This document shows positions 9,043 through 17,008 of a DNA stretch of 31,722 bases, one piece after another. This DNA comes from a virus (lineage: Duplodnaviria > Caudoviricetes). The translations under genes and the position numbers were made by a program. Below the pieces are notes generated by a model that was not told the origin of the DNA, made no database searches, and saw only the letters and a program-made list of their open reading frames with translations. Within the stretch, counting starts at the first letter, position 1. Each line of letters starts with the position of its first letter. Location: positions 1-31,722 of the IMG/VR virus record IMGVR_UViG_3300046007_005029. One strand, written 5' to 3'.

Positions 9043-9228
9043 ATGAACAAGGCACAAGCGAAACAAGTAGCAATGATTGAAGTCTACCTATCCAACGATA
9101 TGCGCGATACAGCCGCTCGGAGCCTATCGGCGCTCATCCGCTCGGCGCTAGTAAATAAAACCGCCCAAGAGTTCCATGCAATAGCCGCCAAGCATGGATT
9201 GAACACTCATCCGGATTTCATCGTTTAA
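9043..9228 (+). CDS. Hypothetical early protein
   Basis: 61 aa, TAAGGGGA RBS, first gene after the promoter, followed by a terminator. Confidence 0.7.
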   Translation: MNKAQAKQVAMIEVYLSNDMRDTAARSLSALIRSALVNKTAQEFHAIAAKHGLNTHPDFIV

Positions 9229-9235
9229 CCCGACC

Positions 9236-9257
9236 GCCGGAGCGCTTCCGGCTTTTT
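9236..9257 (+). terminator. Rho-independent terminator/attenuator
   Basis: GCCGGA-gcgct-TCCGGC followed by TTTTT. Confidence 0.7.
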
Positions 9258-9274
9258 AATCATAAGGGGGAATT

Positions 9275-9448
9275 ATGACTATTACCGTCACCGTCCGCGA
9301 TATCTACGGCATTCAGACAATCTATCCGGCTTGCGATACCGCAAAGTTACTCGCACGGCTAGCCGGAACTAAGACACTCACTCGCCAAGCGCTCGAAACA
9401 ATTAAGAAGCTCGGCTATACCGTCACCGTCACCGCTCCGACAATCTAA
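9275..9448 (+). CDS. Small phage protein (57 aa), not in the ORF track
   Basis: Translated by hand: MTITVTVRDIYGIQTIYPACDTAKLLARLAGTKTLTRQALETIKKLGYTVTVTAPTI; TAAGGGGGAA RBS; YG..TIYP.C..AK..A..AGTKTLT is a recurrent phage early-protein pattern. Confidence 0.8.
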   Translation: MTITVTVRDIYGIQTIYPACDTAKLLARLAGTKTLTRQALETIKKLGYTVTVTAPTI

Positions 9449-9457
9449 GGGGAAACC

Positions 9458-10210
9458 GTGAAAAATCCATTTAAAGCACAATTGCAAGCCGAGGGATTGC
9501 CCTATCGTCCTATCCTCGGCGAATCGTCCGCTAAAACCGTCAAGGGTGAAAAAATCGGCTACTTGACGGCTATTTGCTACCTAGTACCGGATGAGAAGCT
9601 TTGCCCCTTTGCGAAGCTTGCCGGATGTTTCGACGGCTGTCTGAAATCCGCCGGACGCGGTGCTTTCAATTCCGTGCAAAAGGCGAGAGCCGCGAAAACC
9701 AAATTTTTTAACCAGCACATCCGCGCTTTTATGCTTTCCATGTGCGCTGATATCTGGACTCACAAGCGCCGCGCCGAAAAGCTTGGATTGATACCGCTTG
9801 TACGTCCCAATGGCACGTCCGATATCCCTTTCGAGAATATCAAAATCGACGGTCGGACAATTTTTCAGATATTCGCGGATGTTCAATTCTACGATTACAC
9901 AAAACACCCAAGCCGAAAGTTAGAAGGGAAAACAGCCGGTAATTACGATTTAACTTATTCATTCTCGGCGCTCACTCCGAGGACGGTTTCCGTCAAGGGT
10001 TTATCCAATGTCGCAAATCAGCGGACGGCTGTGGTGTTCTTGCACCGCTCAGAAATCCCCGAAACCTTCCGCGGCTGGAAAGTAGTTGACGGTGACGATA
10101 CGGACGTGCGGCATATTGAGCCGACCGGCGTAGTAGTGGCGCTTTATGCCAAGGGAAAAGCTAAAGCCGATACAAGCGGTTTTGTTCAAATCAAGGGGAG
10201 GGATTATTAA
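9458..10210 (+). CDS. GP88-like protein (radical-SAM-like Cys motif)
   Basis: LCPFA..AGC...CL..AGRG, VRPNGTSDI, VQFYDYTK, NYDLTYSFS, VVDGDDTDVR motifs characteristic of 'gene product 88'; GTG start with AAGGGG RBS. Confidence 0.7.
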   Translation: MKNPFKAQLQAEGLPYRPILGESSAKTVKGEKIGYLTAICYLVPDEKLCPFAKLAGCFDGCLKSAGRGAFNSVQKARAAKTKFFNQHIRAFMLSMCADIWTHKRRAEKLGLIPLVRPNGTSDIPFENIKIDGRTIFQIFADVQFYDYTKHPSRKLEGKTAGNYDLTYSFSALTPRTVSVKGLSNVANQRTAVVFLHRSEIPETFRGWKVVDGDDTDVRHIEPTGVVVALYAKGKAKADTSGFVQIKGRDY

Positions 10211-10407
10211 TGCTGAACACCGATCAAAAAGACATCACGTTTTATGTCACCGAAGAAACGGACGGCGAAGACATGGACGGCTTTGTGGTTCATTACGTCG
10301 ACTCGACAGGAAGCACGATTTGGAGCGAATTCTACGAAACAATGGACGATATAAGGGTTGCTTACAGGGAAGAAATCAAATCAGGACAATTTGAAGGGGA
10401 AATTTAA
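10210..10407 (+). CDS. Hypothetical acidic protein
   Basis: 65 aa, D/E-rich, TAATG coupling to the upstream gene. Confidence 0.65.
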   Translation: MLNTDQKDITFYVTEETDGEDMDGFVVHYVDSTGSTIWSEFYETMDDIRVAYREEIKSGQFEGEI

Positions 10408-10408
10408 C

Positions 10409-10600
10409 ATGGATAACATCAAAAAAATTGAAACCGAAAACACCGGCGGCGGCACTATGGTCGACATTCTTACGCTATGGAACGGCAGAGTTATTGTCGT
10501 TAGTGATGAGTATGTCGGCGTGTATACCAGCAAAGAGGATTTTTATAACTCGGTGGTCGATGACGATGAATCGAAAATGCTCGGCGGTTCTTGGTACTAA
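10409..10600 (+). CDS. Hypothetical protein
   Basis: Start moved to ATG 10409 (GAAGGGGA RBS); NTGGG.MVD motif. Confidence 0.7.
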   Translation: MDNIKKIETENTGGGTMVDILTLWNGRVIVVSDEYVGVYTSKEDFYNSVVDDDESKMLGGSWY

Positions 10601-10610
10601 GGGGGAAATT

Positions 10611-10838
10611 ATGCGAACAATCACAGCCAGATACGCCGGTTTTTGCGCGGCTACCGGCGCTCGAATCCTAGCCGGTGACGTTATCCAATGGCAAAAGGGG
10701 AAAGCCGTACTGTTAAAGCGGAAAGCCGTCCGCGTGGATACCGTCACGCTGTACGGTGACAAAGGTCCGACCGAGTTTTATAGAAACGCGCGGGGGCGCT
10801 GCGAGGACGCGCCCTGCTGCGGATGCTGCACTATTTAA
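10611..10838 (+). CDS. Small basic Cys-rich protein
   Basis: Start moved to ATG 10611 (TAAGGGGGAA RBS); ARYAGFC...G..I..GD.I N-terminus and RCEDAPCCGCC C-terminus. Confidence 0.75.
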   Translation: MRTITARYAGFCAATGARILAGDVIQWQKGKAVLLKRKAVRVDTVTLYGDKGPTEFYRNARGRCEDAPCCGCCTI

Positions 10839-10851
10839 AAGGGGATTAATC

Positions 10852-11067
10852 ATGCAAAAAAATCAAATGTACGGCCATGAGCAGTTTGTCTGCGTTTGGA
10901 ATGTTTCAACGGACAAATTTGTCACAGAAATTCATGACGGTAGTTTCTTTAACAAGGACAACGGCTATTCAGAGGATGACATAGAGTGTGTTACCGATTT
11001 GCTGATCGGCGAATCGACTGACATATCAGGTCCGACACAAGCGCATTATGTTATGCGCGTCTACTAA
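10852..11067 (+). CDS. Hypothetical protein
   Basis: Start moved to ATG 10852 (AAAGGGGA RBS). Confidence 0.65.
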   Translation: MQKNQMYGHEQFVCVWNVSTDKFVTEIHDGSFFNKDNGYSEDDIECVTDLLIGESTDISGPTQAHYVMRVY

Positions 11068-11098
11068 TACAGCACACAAATTCTAAAAGGGGATTGAC

Positions 11099-11278
11099 AT
11101 GGAAAAGCTACACGCACACGACAAGGAAACATGGTTAGACACAATCTGGTCGGCGCTCCACGCCTACAGAGGGGATTGCATTCCGGAGGGGAAACCGGCT
11201 TTCGACGATGAATGGTCCGACATATGCACGGCCATGGCATGGATTGAGGAAGAGCTAGATTTGCAGGACGAATTCTAA
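11099..11278 (+). CDS. Hypothetical protein (59 aa), not in the ORF track
   Basis: MEKLHAHDKETWLDTIWSALHAYRGDCIPEGKPAFDDEWSDICTAMAWIEEELDLQDEF; AAAGGGGA RBS; fills the gap exactly. Confidence 0.75.
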   Translation: MEKLHAHDKETWLDTIWSALHAYRGDCIPEGKPAFDDEWSDICTAMAWIEEELDLQDEF

Positions 11279-11290
11279 AAGGGGGTTGCC

Positions 11291-11473
11291 ATGCTTGAAG
11301 TGTATGAATTTTACTTTTTCGAGCCGTCCGTAAACCGGTTTGGGCGGCTATGCATTGCCGCCGATAGTGAATGGCAGGCGCTGATGCGGTTCAACGAAAT
11401 CGACGATTTAATATTCAAAGGGCAGAAGCTGATTAAATTTATTGAAGGGGGTTGCTATGATGAAAAAGGGTGA
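11291..11473 (+). CDS. Hypothetical protein
   Basis: 60 aa, AAAGGGGG RBS. Confidence 0.6.
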   Translation: MLEVYEFYFFEPSVNRFGRLCIAADSEWQALMRFNEIDDLIFKGQKLIKFIEGGCYDEKG

Positions 11474-11822
11474 GTACTACGTTGGGGACCTTTGCTATGT
11501 GCTTGACGATGCCACATGGGACAGGCTTTGTGATCTGCGGTGCGGTGGTTATCAGCCGCTTGACGGTGAATTCGAATTGCCGGACGGGCGGCGGGTTGCC
11601 ATGTTTCAGACAGCCTACGGGGACGGTGTTTACGAGGGGTCTTGCGGCGGCCAATATTTGGTTGACTCGGGATCGATTGGGTGTATCCGCGTGTCAGATT
11701 TACAGCCAGAACATCAGGACGATTCGTCATGGGGACACTTCGTGGAGTTCGACGAGGACTTCACCGTCGAATCAGATCACGGCGTGATCCGCATTGGTCA
11801 CGTTGAAATTGACACAAACTAA
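11457..11822 (+). CDS. Conserved phage protein (DUF4241-like)
   Basis: YYVGDLCYV, TAYGDGVY, VDSGSIGCI motifs; GAAGGGGG RBS. Confidence 0.65.
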   Translation: MMKKGEYYVGDLCYVLDDATWDRLCDLRCGGYQPLDGEFELPDGRRVAMFQTAYGDGVYEGSCGGQYLVDSGSIGCIRVSDLQPEHQDDSSWGHFVEFDEDFTVESDHGVIRIGHVEIDTN

Positions 11823-11838
11823 ATGAGGGGGGCAGATC

Positions 11839-12006
11839 ATGAACTTGTACAGATTCGAATGCGTCATATGGGTGAAAGGCGAAAGCCTTGAGGAAGCGCA
11901 AAGGGAATTGCACGATGAGGCGCTGTACCACTTTGCGGGGGACAACAACCTGGTTTCGCTCCAAAGTAACGATGGCGAGCTGGTCGAAGATGACACCGAT
12001 TTATAG
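11839..12006 (+). CDS. Hypothetical acidic protein (55 aa), not in the ORF track
   Basis: MNLYRFECVIWVKGESLEEAQRELHDEALYHFAGDNNLVSLQSNDGELVEDDTDL; GAGGGGGG RBS. Confidence 0.7.
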   Translation: MNLYRFECVIWVKGESLEEAQRELHDEALYHFAGDNNLVSLQSNDGELVEDDTDL

Positions 12007-12015
12007 GGGATTGCC

Positions 12016-12366
12016 ATGAAAACAAGTGAACTAAAAGGCGCAGCTCTTGATTGGGCGGTGGCTAAAGCTAAGGGCGTGACGCTGTACCCAAGCAAGCAAG
12101 GCAAGTGGATGCTCAAAAACTATGGTGAGTTTAATCATAGGCACGGAACACCGTGGTGGAATCCGTCAACCAACTGGGCGCAAGCCGGAACGATTATTGA
12201 CCGAGAGGGCATTTGCTTGGTGTTTTACCAGCACAAAATATGGGATGCTCACATGGATAACGTAAACTTTTATGAAACCGGCACGACCCCACTCATTGCA
12301 GCCATGCGCTGCTACGTTGCTAGCAAACTAGGTGACGAGGTGGAATTGCCGGAAGAACTGCACTAA
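12016..12366 (+). CDS. ninX: NinX/DUF2591 family protein
   Basis: L.GAALDWAVAKA...PSTNWAQAG.IIDREGI...G.TPLIAAMRCYVASKLG. Confidence 0.8.
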   Translation: MKTSELKGAALDWAVAKAKGVTLYPSKQGKWMLKNYGEFNHRHGTPWWNPSTNWAQAGTIIDREGICLVFYQHKIWDAHMDNVNFYETGTTPLIAAMRCYVASKLGDEVELPEELH

Positions 12367-12566
12367 TGACTAGCCAACGGATGTTTACCCTGCACCTGCT
12401 CGAGGATGAACTCGGGCGGGTGAGGGTTGTGTCTGACTGGTCCGGCGAGGGTCAGCGCTGTCTTGCTTTGGGCATAGAGATTATGCAAAGTCTGCAAGAT
12501 ATCCAGCCGTTCACCGATGGCGAATTAACTTTCGTCCTACCCGCTCGCACTGACATTGAACATTAA
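12366..12566 (+). CDS. Hypothetical protein
   Basis: 66 aa, TAATG coupling; converges on the primase gene with a 30 nt overlap. Confidence 0.55.
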   Translation: MTSQRMFTLHLLEDELGRVRVVSDWSGEGQRCLALGIEIMQSLQDIQPFTDGELTFVLPARTDIEH

Positions 12567-13376
12567 ATGCGTCAGGCTTTGCGACAGCGCAAACAACCCT
12601 GCTCTCTGGTGGTAGTCGTTGGCATCCTCCCCCGCCACATCCGACAGCCAAGACGGCCAGCCGATTTCCTTGGCGGCTTGCTGCCCTGTACCAGACACAT
12701 CATTGTCTGCAATCACGATGCCGCGCTCGAGTCCCGCAGCTACCCGCACCATATTCCCCGCGGAGAAACAAACATGAAGCTTGTATCTTTGCTTCATGCT
12801 TTTCAGCGCAGCGCGAACGGACAGCGCAGTCGCGTACCCCTCACACACGACATTGATTCCCCTATTGTCAAAGCAAAAGGTCGCTCCCGCTGTCTTCTGA
12901 CCGTAGAGAAACCGCTTTGTACCTTCGGCATCGATCTGCTGCACACCGACCAGGCTGCCGTTCACCCGCATGGGAATCAACAAAATCGGCTGGCCGCCCT
13001 GATAAAAGACGTGGCCTTCTTCTTCCTTGAATCCCTTGTTCATGAGATACGGATGCGTCTGAGTGGTGCTGCCATTCAGCATATCAACGGCACGCCTCAC
13101 CGCATCATGCTGTCGCTTCCTGGTCTCCGCTTCCGCCTGCCGCTGCCGCTTAGCCAGATCGTGAATGCTGGGTGCCGCTTCCTTTGAGGAAGGCTTCCAG
13201 ATTGAAACGACTGTGCTGGTTGCATGGTTTTGGACAAAGCCATGGTCACCCATGTATTTGACCGCCCCGTTCCTGCTGCGCGGATGATCCTCGGTGGGAT
13301 ACCGCTTCCATTGGCCGAAGGGGGGATGCTCAGAGATCAGGATGCCATGCGACTTGCAAAAGTTTATGAAGTCCAC
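12537..13376 (-). CDS. Toprim-domain DNA primase (P4 alpha/TraC-like, no helicase domain)
   Basis: HPYL..KG, LLIPM, VCEGYATALS, VIADND, D.NDY motifs; start moved to GTG 13376 (GAGGGGG RBS). Confidence 0.85.
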   Translation of the reverse strand: MDFINFCKSHGILISEHPPFGQWKRYPTEDHPRSRNGAVKYMGDHGFVQNHATSTVVSIWKPSSKEAAPSIHDLAKRQRQAEAETRKRQHDAVRRAVDMLNGSTTQTHPYLMNKGFKEEEGHVFYQGGQPILLIPMRVNGSLVGVQQIDAEGTKRFLYGQKTAGATFCFDNRGINVVCEGYATALSVRAALKSMKQRYKLHVCFSAGNMVRVAAGLERGIVIADNDVSGTGQQAAKEIGWPSWLSDVAGEDANDYHQRAGLFALSQSLTHLMFNVSASG

Positions 13377-13549
13377 GGCTCCCCCTCTTTCACCTTGTAG
13401 TGCTGAGAAAATGTGTACACATTCTGCCATGTAGCCTTGCAATCGCAGCACTCCATGTCATCTTTGACTTTGTTCTTCTCGTGATAGCTTCGGACCTGCA
13501 AGATGTTGCGCTGCTTGCAGATTGGGCATCGGTCTACTCTCTCCATCAT
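13364..13549 (-). CDS. Small zinc-ribbon protein
   Basis: CPIC...CCDC..TW; overlaps both helicase stop and primase start. Confidence 0.6.
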   Translation of the reverse strand: MMERVDRCPICKQRNILQVRSYHEKNKVKDDMECCDCKATWQNVYTFSQHYKVKEGEPWTS

Positions 13550-15036
13550 CTCCGTCCTATTGATTTTAGAAACTTCTTAAGTTGTTTTTCCACTAGCCTC
13601 ATCGTCTCGACTGTCGGCATCTGCGGCATATCATTACTCAACCCCCGCGGCCACACTCCGAACTGCTCTCTGTAAGTGTGAGCCGCTCGTCCGCTGGACC
13701 ATCCTTTGTATCGCTGATACCAGACCATCTGATTCCAGAACTTCTGTTTGGACTCTCGACTGGCTCCAGCGTTAGCAACAAGCTCCTCCATTCTTCCATC
13801 AACTCTGATAATTGCATTTTGTTTTTCCCTCACAAATCCACAATGATGGCACGCATCATTACCTTCAATCCACAACGCCCCACACCGCTGACACTTGCTC
13901 TCTTTCTTTTCCCTCTCTGATGGTTCGCTCTTGCTTTTCTCGCGGCCATCGTCCAGGCGGTTTACCCCATCTTGAAATACGTCATCCCAATCGTCTTGGA
14001 ATCTAAGATAGTTACCGCTGTGATCTAGCCAGACAGCAAACGGTTTATCCGTCGGATTATTTAGGTTCGCCCGCATCACCCTGCCCATCTGCTGGATGTG
14101 TGATGACAGACTCTTCGAGAATGGCCGCGCCGAGATACCGATCATCACGTCCGGAACGTCGAAGCCTTTGGTCAGTATGTCGGTGGCAATCAAGCCATGA
14201 ATCTTGGTGTCCGGCCTGCTGAAGTCCTCGATAGTCTGGCGCTTCCACTCGTCATCATCCTTGTAGCTGACGCACACAAAGTTATACCCGCGGTTTGCAA
14301 ACTCCCGCGAGAGATGAACGCCGTGATCAACACCCGCGCAGAAGACAATCGTCTTCCGTGGCCGACCAAATATCTCGTGCGTCTTCTTAATCCACTCGGC
14401 CACCACGTCACCGGTAATCTTGATGCCGCGCCGCGTGGCTTCTAATTGTGACCACTCGCCGGCCACCTTCTTCGCGCCGCTCATGTCAATTTCTTTGGCA
14501 ATGAACACGCGCAGCGGGACTAGTAGCTTCTCATCTACTAGCTGCTTGGTAGTCACCGGACTAACCACGTTGTCATAAACTTTGCCAAGACCTCTGGTAA
14601 ACGGCGTGGCTGTTAAACCAATCACGCGGATGTTCGGATTGGCTTTAATGAAATCAATCGTGGCCTTGCGAGTTTGATGCGCTTCATCAATGATGAGCAG
14701 GTCAAGCCCTGGGAACTCGCCGCGTTTCTCTAGCGTCTGTGCTGAACACACTTGGATAGGTTCGTACGGACGGTAACGCCAGTGGCCTGACTGTAGAACA
14801 CCGTGGTCAATGCCATATTTTTCTAAGCGTCCGCTTGTTTGATTGCAGAGAACGATCCGATCAAGCAGCATGGCTGCGCGATTGCCCTTCTCTTTGACAG
14901 CCTTCATCAAAGCGATGGCCATCTCAGTTTTGCCTGCACCCGTAGGCGCTACTAATATCTGCGCCTTCGCACCATTTGCGAAACCCTTTCGCAATAGTGA
15001 GAGCGCCTCCTCTTGATACGACCGGAGTTCTAACAT
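13546..15036 (-). CDS. Superfamily 2 DNA helicase (SSL2/YejH-like) with C-terminal Zn ribbon
   Basis: APTGAGKT, IIDEAH, GLTATP, LTKGFDVP, QQMGRVMR, CQRC..CHHC. Confidence 0.92.
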   Translation of the reverse strand: MLELRSYQEEALSLLRKGFANGAKAQILVAPTGAGKTEMAIALMKAVKEKGNRAAMLLDRIVLCNQTSGRLEKYGIDHGVLQSGHWRYRPYEPIQVCSAQTLEKRGEFPGLDLLIIDEAHQTRKATIDFIKANPNIRVIGLTATPFTRGLGKVYDNVVSPVTTKQLVDEKLLVPLRVFIAKEIDMSGAKKVAGEWSQLEATRRGIKITGDVVAEWIKKTHEIFGRPRKTIVFCAGVDHGVHLSREFANRGYNFVCVSYKDDDEWKRQTIEDFSRPDTKIHGLIATDILTKGFDVPDVMIGISARPFSKSLSSHIQQMGRVMRANLNNPTDKPFAVWLDHSGNYLRFQDDWDDVFQDGVNRLDDGREKSKSEPSEREKKESKCQRCGALWIEGNDACHHCGFVREKQNAIIRVDGRMEELVANAGASRESKQKFWNQMVWYQRYKGWSSGRAAHTYREQFGVWPRGLSNDMPQMPTVETMRLVEKQLKKFLKSIGRR

Positions 15037-15057
15037 TGATTCCTCTCTCTGCCAGCA

Positions 15058-16209
15058 CTAGCCCGCTGGCTTGGGCATCTGTAATTTTATTCGCTTTCCT
15101 ATCCAATTCATCACAGGTACGGCCATTGAATTTCCCAATGCCTTGTAGCGTGGTCCATCGGGAGAATCTATCGCCTTGCGCCACGGGATATTGGTGTACC
15201 CATCTGGGAATCCCTGCAATCGTTCGCACTCGACTGGCGTAAGACGGCGCACCGCCATTGATTGAATCAATACGTTTTCACCACCGGAGTTGCGTCCTTG
15301 CGCGAAGGCAACGTCACTAACACAGGGGTCTTGAGTACCATGAATAACTGTTGGCTGCGCTACACCTTGCAAACCAGTGGTGTCCAACGTGTACATCGTG
15401 CCGTCAGCTTTCCAACCTGCGCCGTTCTGATTTTTATCGCGGCTGCTTGTGTCGGCTAACGCTATCGGCGCAAGGATCGGTGTCTGCCCTTCATCAAGGG
15501 TGGTGTTGATACCCTTGTGCATCCGTTGCGTCAGACAGTTGGCGACACGGTAGGGTTGGAAGTGTCCAACTGCTGCTCCTTCTGGTCGCCCTCCTGCGCC
15601 ACCACTGAAAGAGCTGCTTGCAATTGCTCCGGCAATTTCTTTCCGCGCTTCTCTGCTCGGCGGAGAATCCCCGCGCACGCTTTCGCGCTCAAAAAGAACC
15701 TCGGCGGCAGGTCGCCAGTCTCCAAGGTATCCGACAACGAACACACGACGGCGTCGCTGGGCCACTCCGAAGTACTGAGCGTCAAGCGTTCTGTAGGCGA
15801 ACCCATACCCGAGTTCTGCCAACGCCCCGAGGAAGGAACCAAAGTCCCGTCCTCCGCTACTACTGAGGACACCCGGCACGTTTTCCCATACGCACCACTG
15901 GGGTCTAAACCTGTCAAGAATTCCGACATAAGTGAGGGCGAGGTTGCCTCGAGGGTCTTCGAGTCCACGCCTGAGTCCGGCGACGGAAAAAGATTGGCAA
16001 GGTGTTCCACCGACCAGAAGGTCAATTGGCTCAAGGTTCCACTCCTTGTACTTGGTCATGTCCCCTAGGTTGGGAACGTTGGGGTAATGGTGCGCTAGCA
16101 CCGCAGATGGGAAGGCTTCGATCTCAGAGAACCCCACTGGCTGCCAACCCAGTGGGTGCCATGCTACCGTCGCTGCCTCTATGCCCGAGCAGACAGACAG
16201 GTATCTCAT
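15058..16209 (-). CDS. DNA (cytosine-5) methyltransferase, alpha polypeptide
   Basis: Motif I SVCSGIEA, IV GGTPCQSFS, VI WENVPG, VIII QRRRRVF, RRLTPVECERLQGFP, X YKALGNSMAVP. Confidence 0.95.
   Translation of the reverse strand: MRYLSVCSGIEAATVAWHPLGWQPVGFSEIEAFPSAVLAHHYPNVPNLGDMTKYKEWNLEPIDLLVGGTPCQSFSVAGLRRGLEDPRGNLALTYVGILDRFRPQWCVWENVPGVLSSSGGRDFGSFLGALAELGYGFAYRTLDAQYFGVAQRRRRVFVVGYLGDWRPAAEVLFERESVRGDSPPSREARKEIAGAIASSSFSGGAGGRPEGAAVGHFQPYRVANCLTQRMHKGINTTLDEGQTPILAPIALADTSSRDKNQNGAGWKADGTMYTLDTTGLQGVAQPTVIHGTQDPCVSDVAFAQGRNSGGENVLIQSMAVRRLTPVECERLQGFPDGYTNIPWRKAIDSPDGPRYKALGNSMAVPVMNWIGKRIKLQMPKPAG
15531..16034 (-). CDS. Nested alternative-frame gene, M.EcoHK31I beta-like methyltransferase subunit
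   Basis: 167 aa entirely inside the MTase gene on the same strand; AAGGAG 7 nt before the TTG start; S.RW.NSGM...E.PS....CSLSD.LET.....FFLS..AC.GILRRA..RG..LP resembles the EcoHK31I beta polypeptide. Confidence 0.75.
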   Translation of the reverse strand: MSQLTFWSVEHLANLFPSPDSGVDSKTLEATSPSLMSEFLTGLDPSGAYGKTCRVSSVVAEDGTLVPSSGRWQNSGMGSPTERLTLSTSEWPSDAVVCSLSDTLETGDLPPRFFLSAKACAGILRRAEKRGKKLPEQLQAALSVVAQEGDQKEQQLDTSNPTVSPTV

Positions 16210-17006
16210 CCCTGAAGTTTCTTAAGCTTGTTGGTGAGGCTGTTAACCTGCCGCATCAGCTGCGCGTTCTCTCTCATCAAAGAATCTCGAGAATCGGTGA
16301 CCGCCTTGACTTCAATCTCCAGCAATCGGATCTGAGCGCGTAAGTCTTTGATGGTGGACTCGGCCATGGCCTTGTCCAGTTCATCCGCATCCATGCTTGC
16401 GATGGCCAGCTGGTCAGACAACGCTTCGTTCTCCGCTTTCAACAGCTCAATCGTGGCCTGCATTTCCTCCTGAAAAATATCATCCTCGTTTGGAGTTTCT
16501 TCCAAGGTTGGAGTTTCTTCCAGCTTTGGATTTTCTTCCAAGGTTGGAGCTGCTTGCGCCTTGTTGCTCTGTTTCTTTTCTTCTAACTCTTGTTTTACTT
16601 TTAATACCAGTGAGTGGCTGCAATCACACAGGACAGCGATCTCGCGGCTGGGTTTGCTCTTAGTTCTTGGATGTGACAGCGCATTCAATACAGACTTGCG
16701 GCGATCTTTGACGGTTGGACGTAGGCCATGCTTGCTGTTGACGCTCCAGCTTTTGATGATGGCGTCATCAAGGGTGCCTTCCTGCACGTCACACTCAATG
16801 CCTGGCGCTCCGATCTTCCGAGCGGCGAAGTAACGGTGAAATCCATCCACCAGATAGTGCTTTGTGCCATCTGATATCACTAGACAGGGAGTAAATTTCG
16901 CCCCGTCTTTCATCGCCTCCGCATACTCAGCAATCGTATGCTTGTCTAATGACACGCGAGACTGTGTGCCGGCGTCAATTGTTATTTTGTCAAGACTCAG
17001 GTGCAT
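16206..17006 (-). CDS. ParB/Srx-like N-terminal domain protein with HTH and coiled coil
   Basis: TQSR, LVDGFHRYFAA, N.KHGL, SREIAVLCDCSHSLV (HTH); start moved to ATG 17006 (GGGAG RBS). Confidence 0.8.
   Translation of the reverse strand: MHLSLDKITIDAGTQSRVSLDKHTIAEYAEAMKDGAKFTPCLVISDGTKHYLVDGFHRYFAARKIGAPGIECDVQEGTLDDAIIKSWSVNSKHGLRPTVKDRRKSVLNALSHPRTKSKPSREIAVLCDCSHSLVLKVKQELEEKKQSNKAQAAPTLEENPKLEETPTLEETPNEDDIFQEEMQATIELLKAENEALSDQLAIASMDADELDKAMAESTIKDLRAQIRLLEIEVKAVTDSRDSLMRENAQLMRQVNSLTNKLKKLQG
16490..16549. repeat. 3.3 tandem copies of an 18 bp quasi-palindromic unit inside the ParB-like gene
   Basis: TTGGAGTTTCTTCCAAGG / TTGGAGTTTCTTCCAGCT / TTGGATTTTCTTCCAAGG / TTGGAG; encodes PTLEENPKLEETPTLEETPN. 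Confidence 0.9.
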
Positions 17007-17008
17007 AA

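Noticed and set aside
9043-11822. Restriction-site avoidance in the early region
   Set aside because: GATC and other short palindromes are present; any depletion needs k-mer statistics that I cannot compute here.
16490-16549. Repeat considered as a mini CRISPR array
   Set aside because: Units are contiguous with no spacers, only 18 bp, and lie in frame within a gene; no cas operon.
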